Source of the DNA: a virus | Taxonomy: Duplodnaviria > Caudoviricetes | Strand: one strand, 5' to 3' | DNA length: 29,233 nucleotides | IMG/VR virus record: IMGVR_UViG_3300048598_000092 | Coordinates: 1-29,233 of that record | Position numbers and translations under genes: made by a program | The notes under the pieces: generated by a model | What the model was told of the DNA's origin: nothing | The model's input: only the letters and a program-made list of their open reading frames with translations | Databases searched by the model: none | Shown here: piece after piece, positions 1 to 7,522 of the stretch | Layout: each line of letters opens with the position of its first letter | How positions within the stretch are numbered: position 1 is the stretch's first letter

Positions 1-1
1 C

Positions 2-508
2 GCCGCCTGGGTCTCCGGCGACGCCCAGGTCTCCGGCGCCGCCCAGGTCTACGGCGCCGCCCAGGTCTCCGGCGACGCCCAGGTCTCCGGCGACGCCCAG
101 GTCTCCGGCGCCGCCCAGGTCTACGGCGCCGCCCAGGTCTCCGGCGACGCCCAGGTCTCCGGCGCCGCCCAGGTCTCCGGCGCCGCCCAGGTCTCCGGCG
201 CCGCCCGGGTCTCCGGCGCCGCCCAGGTCTCCGGCGACGCCCAGGTCTCCGGTCCGAACCACACACTCACCGCCGGCCCGCTCTCCTCCGAGGGCCACCA
301 CGGCACCCTGGCCCGCCAGCCCGAGGGCCGGCACCAGATAGTTATCGGCTGCTGGGCTGGCACCGTCGAGGACCTGCGGCGGCTGGCCGGGTCGGACGTC
401 TGGCCGTCCCGCTGCAGCGCCGCCACCAGGGCGAGGTACGCGCCGCGGCTGCTCGCGTTCGCTGACCTGTGCGACGCCCAGATCGCGCTCTGGGACTCCG
501 ATGAGTGA
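2..508 (+). CDS. 5'-truncated phage hexapeptide-repeat protein (predicted left-handed beta-helix)
   Basis: Missing from the ORF track. Frame +2 is open from the window edge: (AQVSGD/AQVSGA/AQVYGA)n, then ...IVIGCWAGTVEDLRR...ALWDSDE*. TGA at 506-508 overlaps the next gene. Confidence 0.85.
   Translation, partial: AAWVSGDAQVSGAAQVYGAAQVSGDAQVSGDAQVSGAAQVYGAAQVSGDAQVSGAAQVSGAAQVSGAARVSGAAQVSGDAQVSGPNHTLTAGPLSSEGHHGTLARQPEGRHQIVIGCWAGTVEDLRRLAGSDVWPSRCSAATRARYAPRLLAFADLCDAQIALWDSDE
5..256 (+). repeat. Coding tandem repeat, 14 x 18 bp
   Basis: Unit GCCCAGGTCT(C/A)CGGCG(A/C)C counted directly; likely continues left of the window. Confidence 0.95.
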
Positions 509-1031
509 TGTCGTCGGGCTGGACCCGTCGCTGACCGGGACTGGTGTCGCGGTCGGGCTGGCGCTGACGTCGACCATCACGACGAAGCCGACCGATCCCG
601 CCATCGTCGCACGCCTCGCTCGCCTGCGTCACATCGTGGCGGCAGTGCTCCGCGTCGTGCCGGCCGGCGCCCTGGTGGTGATCGAAGGCCCATCGTTCGG
701 GCGCGAGCAGCCCGGTCTGGCGCACCTCCGAGCAGGCCTGTGGTGGACCCTGGTCAATGACCTGGCCGCGTCGGGCTGCACGGTCCTCGAGGTGCCACCG
801 AAGACCCTAAAGAAGTTCGCGACCGGGTCCGGGACGGCGAGCAAGAGCGACATGCGGATGGCGCTGTTCAAGCGGCTCGGCGTGGACAACCCGGACGACA
901 ACCAGGTGGACGCGATCTGGCTGCGCGAGGCCGGCCTACACCTGGTCGGTGACCCGGACGCGATCGCGTTGCCGAAGCCGCAGCTGGCGGTCATTGAGGG
1001 GTTGCGGGTCCAGCTGTCATCCAGCGGATAG
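501..1031 (+). CDS. RuvC-like Holliday junction resolvase (phage type)
   Basis: Motifs VVGLDPSLTGTG, VVIEG, P..LKKFATGSG.ASK, DDNQVDA carry the RuvC acidic residues. Confidence 0.88.
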   Translation: MSDVVGLDPSLTGTGVAVGLALTSTITTKPTDPAIVARLARLRHIVAAVLRVVPAGALVVIEGPSFGREQPGLAHLRAGLWWTLVNDLAASGCTVLEVPPKTLKKFATGSGTASKSDMRMALFKRLGVDNPDDNQVDAIWLREAGLHLVGDPDAIALPKPQLAVIEGLRVQLSSSG

Positions 1032-1040
1032 GGGCTGCTG

Positions 1041-1086
1041 GCCGTGGCTCACCAGCTGTCGGGGGAAGGCGCTGGTGGGCCGCGGT
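1041..1086 (+). promoter_or_regulatory. Intergenic RNA hairpin (16-bp stem with G-U pairs)
   Basis: GCCGTGGCTCACCAGC (1041-1056) pairs with GCTGGTGGGCCGCGGT (1071-1086). Confidence 0.55.
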
Positions 1087-1119
1087 GAACATCTTCTTAC
1101 CGTCGAAAGGAAATTCATC

Positions 1120-2472
1120 ATGAGCCACACGATCGAGCAGGTGCCGGTCGGCCTGATCGACCCGCACCCGCACAACCCGCGCCGCGACCTGGGCGACCTG
1201 ACGGAGCTGGCCGGGTCGATCAAGGCGCAGGGTCTCCAGCAGAACCTCCTCGTCACCCCATGGGGACCGGACGGCGACAGGTACCGCTGCATCATCGGTC
1301 ACCGCCGACTCGCCGCGGCGAAGCTGGCCGAGCTGGAGGACGTGCCGTGCGTCATCAACCAGGACATCTCGGCCGAGGAGCAGATCGAGCTGATGCTGCT
1401 GGAGAACGTACAGCGTCAGGACCTGTCACCGGTCGAGGAGGCGGACGGCTACCAGCAGCTCCTCGACCTGGGCCTGTCCCCGGCCACGATCGCGAAGAAG
1501 ACCGGCCGGAACGTCAAGACCGTCCGGGGTCGGATCGCGCTGCTGGGCCTGCCGGAGGACGTCCGGGAGAAGGTCCACCGCCACCAGGCGTCCCTGGAGG
1601 ACGCCGCCGACCTGGTCGGGCTGGAGGCCCACCCGGCCGAACTCGCGAAGGTCGCCAAGGCACTCGGCACCGGCAACTTCGACTGGGAGCTGAAGCAGGC
1701 ACGCGGACGGATCAAGCTGGACGAGGAGTTGGCCCCGCTGTTCGCCGAGGCGGAACGGCTGGGCGCGACCCGCGGCGAATGGGACTGGCGGCGGTATGAC
1801 ACGTTCGCCTCCTGCAACACCGTGGATCAGATCACGGCGTTGGGCGAACTCCCCGAGGGTTCGATCTACGACCGGGCCAGCTACAGCGCACACGTGTACA
1901 TCTACGCGCCGAAGCCGGCCGACGAGGTCGCCCTCCGCGAGGCCGCCACGGCCCGCGGCCAGGAAGAGTCGGCCAAGGAACGCGCCGCCCGCGACGAGGC
2001 ATACCGGGCCGAGCGGGAGCGGCAGGCGAAGATCAAGGCCGAGGGTGAGCAGGCGTGGGAGCTCCGGGAGGAGTTCGTCGTCGCCTTCTGCGGCCGCAAG
2101 CGCGTCCTGGCGAAGGAATCGCTGGCGATCGTCGCCGCGGTCGGCCCGCTCGTCATCACCCAGGACGACGTGTGGCTGGACCCTGCCGACCTAGCCGACT
2201 GGCTGGGCCTGGCCGACGAGGACTGGGACGGAGTGCAGGACCTGATGCCGGCGTTCGACCGGCAGTGCCCGTCGCTGGACCGGTCGTTGTGCCTGCTGGT
2301 GCTGCTGCACCTGTCGTGCCGTCAGCCGACTTGGTCACACGCCTGGCAGGACCGGCCTCTGGTGGTGCTGTACGGGCTGCTGGAGCAGCTGGGCTACCCG
2401 GTGTCGGACGCCGAGCGGGCCCGGCTCACCCCGCCCGCCGACGAGGACGGCGACGACGGCGAGGTCGACTGA
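1120..2472 (+). CDS. ParB/Srx N-terminal domain protein with HTH (phage ParB-like)
   Basis: NPRR, GHRRLAA, ENVQRQDLSPVEEA and an HTH follow. Start moved to ATG 1120, downstream of RBS GAAAGGA. Confidence 0.88.
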   Translation: MSHTIEQVPVGLIDPHPHNPRRDLGDLTELAGSIKAQGLQQNLLVTPWGPDGDRYRCIIGHRRLAAAKLAELEDVPCVINQDISAEEQIELMLLENVQRQDLSPVEEADGYQQLLDLGLSPATIAKKTGRNVKTVRGRIALLGLPEDVREKVHRHQASLEDAADLVGLEAHPAELAKVAKALGTGNFDWELKQARGRIKLDEELAPLFAEAERLGATRGEWDWRRYDTFASCNTVDQITALGELPEGSIYDRASYSAHVYIYAPKPADEVALREAATARGQEESAKERAARDEAYRAERERQAKIKAEGEQAWELREEFVVAFCGRKRVLAKESLAIVAAVGPLVITQDDVWLDPADLADWLGLADEDWDGVQDLMPAFDRQCPSLDRSLCLLVLLHLSCRQPTWSHAWQDRPLVVLYGLLEQLGYPVSDAERARLTPPADEDGDDGEVD

Positions 2473-2930
2473 TGGCCACCGTCGAGAACTACACCACCAA
2501 GATCGCCGCCACCCGCACCGCCGGCGAAATCCAGGAGCTGCTCGCCGTGCACGGCGTCGAAGCAGTCATGCTCGAGTACTCCGACGGCCGCCCGACCGGG
2601 GTCGCGTTCCGCGCCAAGACCGACCTCGGCCCGCGCGACTTCCGGCTCCCAGTCGACGTCGACGCCATGCACCAGCTCCTCGTCCAGGAGAAGCGGGCCG
2701 GACGGCTCCCAGGCATCAGCGAGACGCTGAGCCAGGACCGGGCCCATGCGGAGCGGGTCGCCTGGCGAGTGATCGCCGAGTGGCTTCGGGCACAGATGAC
2801 CTTGATCGCGTCTCAGATGGCGACGCTCGACCAGGTGATGCTGCCGTACCTGGTCATGGACGGCAGGTCGCTGTACGCCGCCTATCGCGAGTCCGGGCTG
2901 CGTGAACTGACCGAAGGGCCGGGCCGATGA
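2472..2930 (+). CDS. Phage hypothetical protein (MATVENYTTKI...)
   Basis: TGATG coupling to the ParB stop; high-GC codon pattern. The N-terminal extension in the ORF track is shadow frame. Confidence 0.8.
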   Translation: MATVENYTTKIAATRTAGEIQELLAVHGVEAVMLEYSDGRPTGVAFRAKTDLGPRDFRLPVDVDAMHQLLVQEKRAGRLPGISETLSQDRAHAERVAWRVIAEWLRAQMTLIASQMATLDQVMLPYLVMDGRSLYAAYRESGLRELTEGPGR

Positions 2931-3043
2931 CCGTCCTTCGTGCTGTGGGCCGTGCCCTGCTGTGGCCGGCGGCGATGCTCTGCCTGCTCGGTGCCGGGCT
3001 GTTGGATGCGATCGATGGCGACCGTGAGCAGGGCTGGGAATGA
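2927..3043 (+). CDS. Small hydrophobic protein, 38 aa (MTVLRAVGRALLWPAAMLCLLGAGLLDAIDGDREQGWE)
   Basis: ATGA overlaps at both ends; fills the operon gap; not in the ORF track. Confidence 0.6.
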   Translation: MTVLRAVGRALLWPAAMLCLLGAGLLDAIDGDREQGWE

Positions 3044-3219
3044 TCACCCTGATCCTCGCCGGCGCTGCTGCGGCGCTGCTGCTCGGACTGCTCGTCTGGG
3101 CGCTCCGTGCCGGACCTGACCGGCGCGCCACCACTTGGGTGTGCGCCACCTGCAAGGCGGCGTTCTCCACCCGTGAGGCTGCTGACCGGCACGTTGCTGC
3201 CAGTCATGGCCCGGGGTGA
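3040..3219 (+). CDS. 59-aa membrane-anchored C2H2 zinc-finger protein
   Basis: ATGA coupling. Hydrophobic MITLILAGAAAALLLGLLVWAL, then CATCKAAFSTREAADRHVAASH. Not in the ORF track. Confidence 0.7.
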   Translation: MITLILAGAAAALLLGLLVWALRAGPDRRATTWVCATCKAAFSTREAADRHVAASHGPG

Positions 3220-3415
3220 GGCCCGGTCGTTGCCGGCCGGGTGCTGCACCTGGTGCGGGCACGACCCTCACGCCCCGTCCCGCTGCATGACCGGCTGCCC
3301 CTGCCGGAGACAGGACCACGATGACAATCATCGGTCGCCGAGCAATCAACCACCCGGCTCAAGTGCGACGTCGCGGGCCGGTGGACGAAGTGGACGATCG
3401 CTGGACGCCACCTGA
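3206..3415 (+). CDS. Possible small Cys/His-rich protein (CCTWCGHDPH...CMTGCPC)
   Basis: Fills the 3220-3320 gap with a metal-binding-like motif but overlaps the methyltransferase by 95 nt. Confidence 0.35.
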   Translation: MARGEARSLPAGCCTWCGHDPHAPSRCMTGCPCRRQDHDDNHRSPSNQPPGSSATSRAGGRSGRSLDAT

Positions 3416-3827
3416 CCTCTACGCCGATGCAGCCCGCCGCTGGGGGCCGTTCGACCTGGACGCCGCCGCCTCCCATCAGAACAGGCTCTGCCCGGCCTAC
3501 TACACCCGCGCCGACGACGGTCTCGCGCAGCCGTGGTTCGGGCGGGTGTGGTGCAATCCTCCCTACTCAGCGTGCGGGGCGTGGGTGGGGAAGGCGTGGG
3601 CCGAGTGGCCGATCCGGGCCGAGCTGGTGGCCATGCTCCTGCCGGCGGACCGCACCGAGCAGGGCTGGTGGCAGCAGCACATCGAACCGCACCGTGATAG
3701 CCGCGGACCGCTTCATGTCGAGTTCCTACCCGGGAGGGTCAGATTCGGCCGCCCCAGCCAGCCAACCCCGGCGAAGGGTGACCGTCCGCCGTTCGGCGTC
3801 GTACTTGTCGTGTGGGGTGCGGAATGA
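3321..3827 (+). CDS. Phage DNA N6-adenine methyltransferase (phage Dam-like family)
   Basis: WTP, FDLDAAA (SAM binding), WCNPPYS (catalytic), GRVRF and PPFG motifs. Confidence 0.9.
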   Translation: MTIIGRRAINHPAQVRRRGPVDEVDDRWTPPDLYADAARRWGPFDLDAAASHQNRLCPAYYTRADDGLAQPWFGRVWCNPPYSACGAWVGKAWAEWPIRAELVAMLLPADRTEQGWWQQHIEPHRDSRGPLHVEFLPGRVRFGRPSQPTPAKGDRPPFGVVLVVWGAE

Positions 3828-4879
3828 CCGGCACCTGTACCCGCTGCCACCACACGGGCAGGCTCGCTCGTAGCGACCTGTGCAAGACCTGCTATCAGCA
3901 GCTGTGGCGGGCCGGTACACTCCCGCCCGCGCCGCACCCAGCGCGGCATCCGCACCCGCCGATCGACTGCACCCACGAACGCCGTCACCAGCACGGAACC
4001 CGTACCGCCTACGTCGTCGACCGCTGCCGTTGCGACGCCTGCACTGAAGCCAACCGGGACTGGGCGCGCGACCACGCCCGACAGGCTGCTGCTGCCGCCT
4101 GGGACCCGACACTGCAGCCGTACGTCTCCGGCGACATCGTCCGGGCACACATCGCGCAGCTGCGGGCCGCAGGCATGGGCCGCAGGGCGATCGCCGCCGC
4201 CGCCGGCCTAGCCGAATCCACGCTGTGCGGAATCATGCACGGCTACCATGCCGACGATCCGAACCACCCTCACCACCGACCGCCTCGGCTGAAGGTGCGA
4301 CGCGAGGTGGCCGAGCGGATCCTCTCCGTCACGTTCACACCGGCGCCGCACGCTGTGGTCGACGCCACTGGCACCCGACGCCGGATGCAGGCCCTGGTCG
4401 CGGTCGGATGGTCCCAGGCCCGGCTTGCGTCTCGGCTCGGCATCACAGAGACCAGCCTGTGCAGGATCCTGGCCGGATCGGGCGGCGTGCTGCAGGCCAC
4501 CGCCGACGCCGCGGCGGCTGCGTACGAGGAGTGGTGGCGCGGCCCGTCTGCCGGCGCGTCGCGGGCTGCACGGGGCAGCATCACCAGGGCCCGGCAGCAT
4601 GCCGCCCGGCAGGGCTGGCTGCCGCCGCTCGCCTGGGACGACGACACTATCGACGACCCCGATACCGAGCCCCACACGGGCCCGGCACTGGCCGGACGGG
4701 CGGCCATCGACGCGAGGACGGCCGCAAGGATCGAGGACGCCCGCGAGCTGCTCACCCTCGGCGAGGACCCGGTCAGGATCGCTGACCGGCTCGAGGTCCC
4801 GCTTAACAGCCTAGCCAAGCTGCTTGCCCGCCGGGCACCAGACATCGCCGCCCCGTTTGCCCGGGCGAAGGCCAGCTGA
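3824..4879 (+). CDS. Zinc-binding / helix-turn-helix DNA-binding protein
   Basis: CTRC...LCKTC and HGTRTAYVVDRCRCDAC; HTH-like GMGRRAIAAAAGLAESTL and GWSQARLASRLGITETSL; PPLAWDDD. ATGA coupling at 3824. Confidence 0.78.
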   Translation: MTGTCTRCHHTGRLARSDLCKTCYQQLWRAGTLPPAPHPARHPHPPIDCTHERRHQHGTRTAYVVDRCRCDACTEANRDWARDHARQAAAAAWDPTLQPYVSGDIVRAHIAQLRAAGMGRRAIAAAAGLAESTLCGIMHGYHADDPNHPHHRPPRLKVRREVAERILSVTFTPAPHAVVDATGTRRRMQALVAVGWSQARLASRLGITETSLCRILAGSGGVLQATADAAAAAYEEWWRGPSAGASRAARGSITRARQHAARQGWLPPLAWDDDTIDDPDTEPHTGPALAGRAAIDARTAARIEDARELLTLGEDPVRIADRLEVPLNSLAKLLARRAPDIAAPFARAKAS

Positions 4880-5160
4880 TGAGCGCCCTTCCCGGCCTGG
4901 AGCATCCCGGCGACGGCGTGCCCGCCAAGACCAGCACCGGCTACCTCACCCACCTGGCCGGCCTCGACTACGGCGACGGCTGGACGTTCTGGGCACTCAC
5001 CATGGCCAGCGACGAGCCGATCGCCCGGCAACGCCGGCTGCACCGCCCCGAGCTGGTGGAGACCGTCTGGCTGGTCCGCGGCCACCAGCTGCGCCTCGCC
5101 CTGGTCGAGATCGCCACGGGACGGCAGGTCGCCCACATCGACCGTGGCGGGTGGGCCTGA
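4879..5160 (+). CDS. Hypothetical protein
   Basis: TGATG coupling at both ends. Confidence 0.7.
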   Translation: MSALPGLEHPGDGVPAKTSTGYLTHLAGLDYGDGWTFWALTMASDEPIARQRRLHRPELVETVWLVRGHQLRLALVEIATGRQVAHIDRGGWA

Positions 5161-5759
5161 TGGGTGTGCGACTCGTCGGTGCCGCCCTCAACCCGGCGTG
5201 GGCCGGGCTGTCCGACCGCGCCCGCCTCGTCCTGCTGCAGATGTGCTACGTCGCCCGCGACCAAGGCACGTCGACGCAGGCCGCGCGGCTGTACTTCGGC
5301 GGGCACAAGGCCCTGATCATCAGCGTCCTGGGTAAGGACCCCGACACCCTCACACGGTCGAACCTAGAGACGTCGGAGAAGGTGATCGCCCGGGTGGTGA
5401 AGGAACTCAAGTCGGCCGGCGCCGTGGTTCTCGTGAGTTCCTCCGCTCCCGGCCGGACCGCCATCTACGAGGTCCACCCCGAACGATTCCCGAACCTCAA
5501 TCAGGATCCGCTGCCTGTGGATAACTCTCAAGTGCCGCGCGGGAATGGGGGACACCCAGCACCCCCCAATGGGGGACACCCAGCACCCCCCATTTCCGAA
5601 GAATGGGGGGTGGCTGGTGACCGGAATGGGGGACACCCAGCACCCCCCAGAGGAGAACATAGAGGAGAGCAGAAAAGCGACCTGAAAAGAAACCACCCAA
5701 CTCAACCACCTGCCCAACTGTCACCAGCCGCGCCGAGCACCCTGTGGAAAACTCGATGA
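5160..5759 (+). CDS. Putative replication initiator (winged-HTH-like N-terminus, repeat-containing tail)
   Basis: TGATG start; LSDRARLVLLQM...IARVVKELKSAGAV...GRTAIYEV pattern; internal NGGHPAPP repeats as in lambda O-type initiators. Confidence 0.6.
   Translation: MGVRLVGAALNPAWAGLSDRARLVLLQMCYVARDQGTSTQAARLYFGGHKALIISVLGKDPDTLTRSNLETSEKVIARVVKELKSAGAVVLVSSSAPGRTAIYEVHPERFPNLNQDPLPVDNSQVPRGNGGHPAPPNGGHPAPPISEEWGVAGDRNGGHPAPPRGEHRGEQKSDLKRNHPTQPPAQLSPAAPSTLWKTR
5514..5754. promoter_or_regulatory. Putative phage replication origin (three 24-bp repeats flanked by DnaA boxes)
   Basis: AATGGGGGACACCCAGCACCCCCC at 5544-5567, 5568-5591 and 5625-5648. TGTGGATAA at 5516-5524 and TGTGGAAAA at 5743-5751. 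A-rich tract at ~5649-5692. Confidence 0.65.
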
Positions 5760-6448
5760 GCGGCCAGACCTTCGAGCCCACCACCGGCCACAGCTGGCTC
5801 AACCTCGCCGACCGCCTCCAACTCGAACGAGACCTCACCGACCTACCCGCCCTCGCCGACCAACTCGACCGGCACTACCACGACCTCCTCGCCCGCGGCG
5901 ACCGAAACCCCGACGACCCCAGCATCCGCTACCCCATCCACACCAACGTCCTCGACCTCGCCGACCAACGACACAAACACGAAATCGACCCCGACCCCGC
6001 CGGACTCGCCGACCTCGCCCGCCGCATCGGCGCCCGCCGACTCGGCATCCTCCCCACCCTCGAATCCTGGCTACGGCTCTACGAAGCCGACATGCTCGAC
6101 ACCGACGTCGAACACACCGACCCCGTCCTCGACGCCCACAGCACCGTCACCACCGCCGCAGGCTGGCTACTCACCCACCTCGACTGGATCGCCGACCAGC
6201 CCGGCGCCGAACAACTCGTCAACGAAATCCACACCATCACCACCGACCTCGACCAACTCGGCATCAGCCTCTCCGGACCAGACCACCACGCAACCGGCAC
6301 CGTACGAGAACTAGCCGACGACCTCGACATCCCCATGCCCACCATCAAGAACTGGATCCGCAAAGGCTGGCTCCTACCCATCAACGACACCCGCCCACGC
6401 CAATACGTCCGACGCGAAGTCCTCGCACTACGAACCACACACAAGTAG
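5756..6448 (+). CDS. Phage protein with C-terminal HTH (possible late-gene regulator)
   Basis: ATGA coupling; C-terminal TVRELADDLDIPMPTIKNWIRKGWL (MerR/excisionase-like HTH); last gene before the HNH-terminase block. Confidence 0.75.
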   Translation: MSGQTFEPTTGHSWLNLADRLQLERDLTDLPALADQLDRHYHDLLARGDRNPDDPSIRYPIHTNVLDLADQRHKHEIDPDPAGLADLARRIGARRLGILPTLESWLRLYEADMLDTDVEHTDPVLDAHSTVTTAAGWLLTHLDWIADQPGAEQLVNEIHTITTDLDQLGISLSGPDHHATGTVRELADDLDIPMPTIKNWIRKGWLLPINDTRPRQYVRREVLALRTTHK

Positions 6449-6456
6449 TTCCACGC

Positions 6457-6486
6457 TTGACATTCACCCCACCCATCCCGAAAGAT
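6457..6486 (+). promoter_or_regulatory. Candidate promoter for HNH/late operon
   Basis: Perfect TTGACA at 6457-6462, 18-nt spacer, weak -10 AAAGAT, in an intergenic region. Confidence 0.4.
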
Positions 6487-6523
6487 GTCCTGTATCCAGA
6501 CCTATGCCCAGGCAAAGGAAACC

Positions 6524-6553
6524 CGACCCCGGCAGACCAAACCGCCGGGGTCG
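6524..6553 (+). terminator. GC-rich hairpin (terminator/attenuator candidate)
   Basis: Perfect 10-bp stem CGACCCCGGC / GCCGGGGTCG with a 10-nt loop; no U tract. Confidence 0.45.
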
Positions 6554-6706
6554 CCGCACGTCCCGGAGTGGTGAACTCGACGGCCCACACCGGGAAGCCC
6601 CAGCCCTCCCCGGCGCCACGCCAGGCCACAACCACCACGCGGTGCGCCAACGAAGCGCCACAACTCCGAGGAACCGACCCGGACGCAGCGCGCCGAGGAG
6701 GGCGAC

Positions 6707-7009
6707 ATGGGCAGAAGCGAGCCATACGGCGCCGACCACCAACGCGAACGCGCCCAACTCAACGACGACATGGAAGCCAACGGGCCCCGCACCTGCGACG
6801 TGTGCAACCAGCCCGTCTACCCCGACAGCCGGGCCAACCTCAACCCCGACAGCCGACACTTCCACCTCGACCACTCGACCCCCGTCACCTGGGGCGGAGC
6901 AGGGACGAAGCGAGCCAGACACGCCACCTGCAACGAGTCCCAAGGCGGCAAGCTCGGGGCGCTGCGGCGCAGGTTCAGGGAGGGCGCCAGACTCAGCCGA
7001 GACTGGTGA
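6707..7009 (+). CDS. Terminase-associated HNH endonuclease
   Basis: CDVC...FHLDH...HATCN; RBS GAGGAGG; immediately upstream of the terminase genes. Confidence 0.88.
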   Translation: MGRSEPYGADHQRERAQLNDDMEANGPRTCDVCNQPVYPDSRANLNPDSRHFHLDHSTPVTWGGAGTKRARHATCNESQGGKLGALRRRFREGARLSRDW

Positions 7010-7110
7010 GGGGGGTAGGGGCGTCAGGATCGCTGGAGCGCCCCTCGGCCATGACCCAGCCCCGCCCGTTTTCTCGCGCCGGAAATGGCATGAGCGCTCG
7101 AGGGGGCCCC
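7010..7110. other. Probable cos/packaging region
   Basis: Non-coding gap between HNH and TerS, the usual cos position in HK97-like phages; strand skew flips near here. Exact cut site not determinable. Confidence 0.45.
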
Positions 7111-7114
7111 TTGC

Positions 7115-7522
7115 ATGGAGACCAGGACCTGCCAGCAATGCGGTAAGCCGTTCGAGGTGGCGTCGGGCAGTCGGGCGAAGTACTGCGGCTCAACGTGCCG
7201 GGCGCGACGGTCCGAGGGGAAGCCGGCCGCGGTGCGCAAAATGCCGCGTCGGCGGGCCGACTACCGGATCCGGGACCGGGTCCGGGCCGAGCTGAAGGAC
7301 GCCGGCCGGGAGAACACGTCGCTGGGGCTGATCGCGCTGGACCTGGCCGCGCAGCTGGCGCACCCTGACCTGCCGCCGGGCACACGGGGGAACCTGGCCA
7401 AGGAGTTGCGGGCCACGCTCGTCGCCGCGCTGGAGGGCTCGCGCCCGAAGACGGAGGTCGACGAGCTGAAGGAGCGCCGCAATGGGAAGCGCAGGGCTGC
7501 TCGAGGCCGCGCCACTGGTTGA
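7115..7522 (+). CDS. Terminase small subunit (N-terminal Zn-binding motif)
   Basis: Position before TerL; CQQC...YCGSTC; C-terminal LAKELRATL...EVDELKERR typical of actinophage TerS. Confidence 0.75.
   Translation: METRTCQQCGKPFEVASGSRAKYCGSTCRARRSEGKPAAVRKMPRRRADYRIRDRVRAELKDAGRENTSLGLIALDLAAQLAHPDLPPGTRGNLAKELRATLVAALEGSRPKTEVDELKERRNGKRRAARGRATG

Noticed and set aside
5-256. Diversity-generating retroelement (variants mostly at A positions)
   Set aside because: No reverse transcriptase or separate template/variable repeat pair in the window; one variant (CAG to TGG) is not A-specific; tandem slippage suffices.
1120-2472. parABS partition system (plasmid-prophage)
   Set aside because: No ParA or parS array in the window, and the element carries an integrase and abuts host sequence.
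3321-3827. Restriction-modification system
   Set aside because: No cognate endonuclease adjacent; orphan phage methyltransferases are common.
5544-5648. 24-bp quasi-palindromic repeats as a mini-CRISPR
   Set aside because: Two copies are directly adjacent; the context (initiator-like gene, DnaA boxes) fits origin repeats better.
6457-7295. ORFs 6457-7146 and 6504-7295
   Set aside because: Low-complexity translations overlapping the motif-bearing HNH gene; the TTG start coincides with the -35 element.
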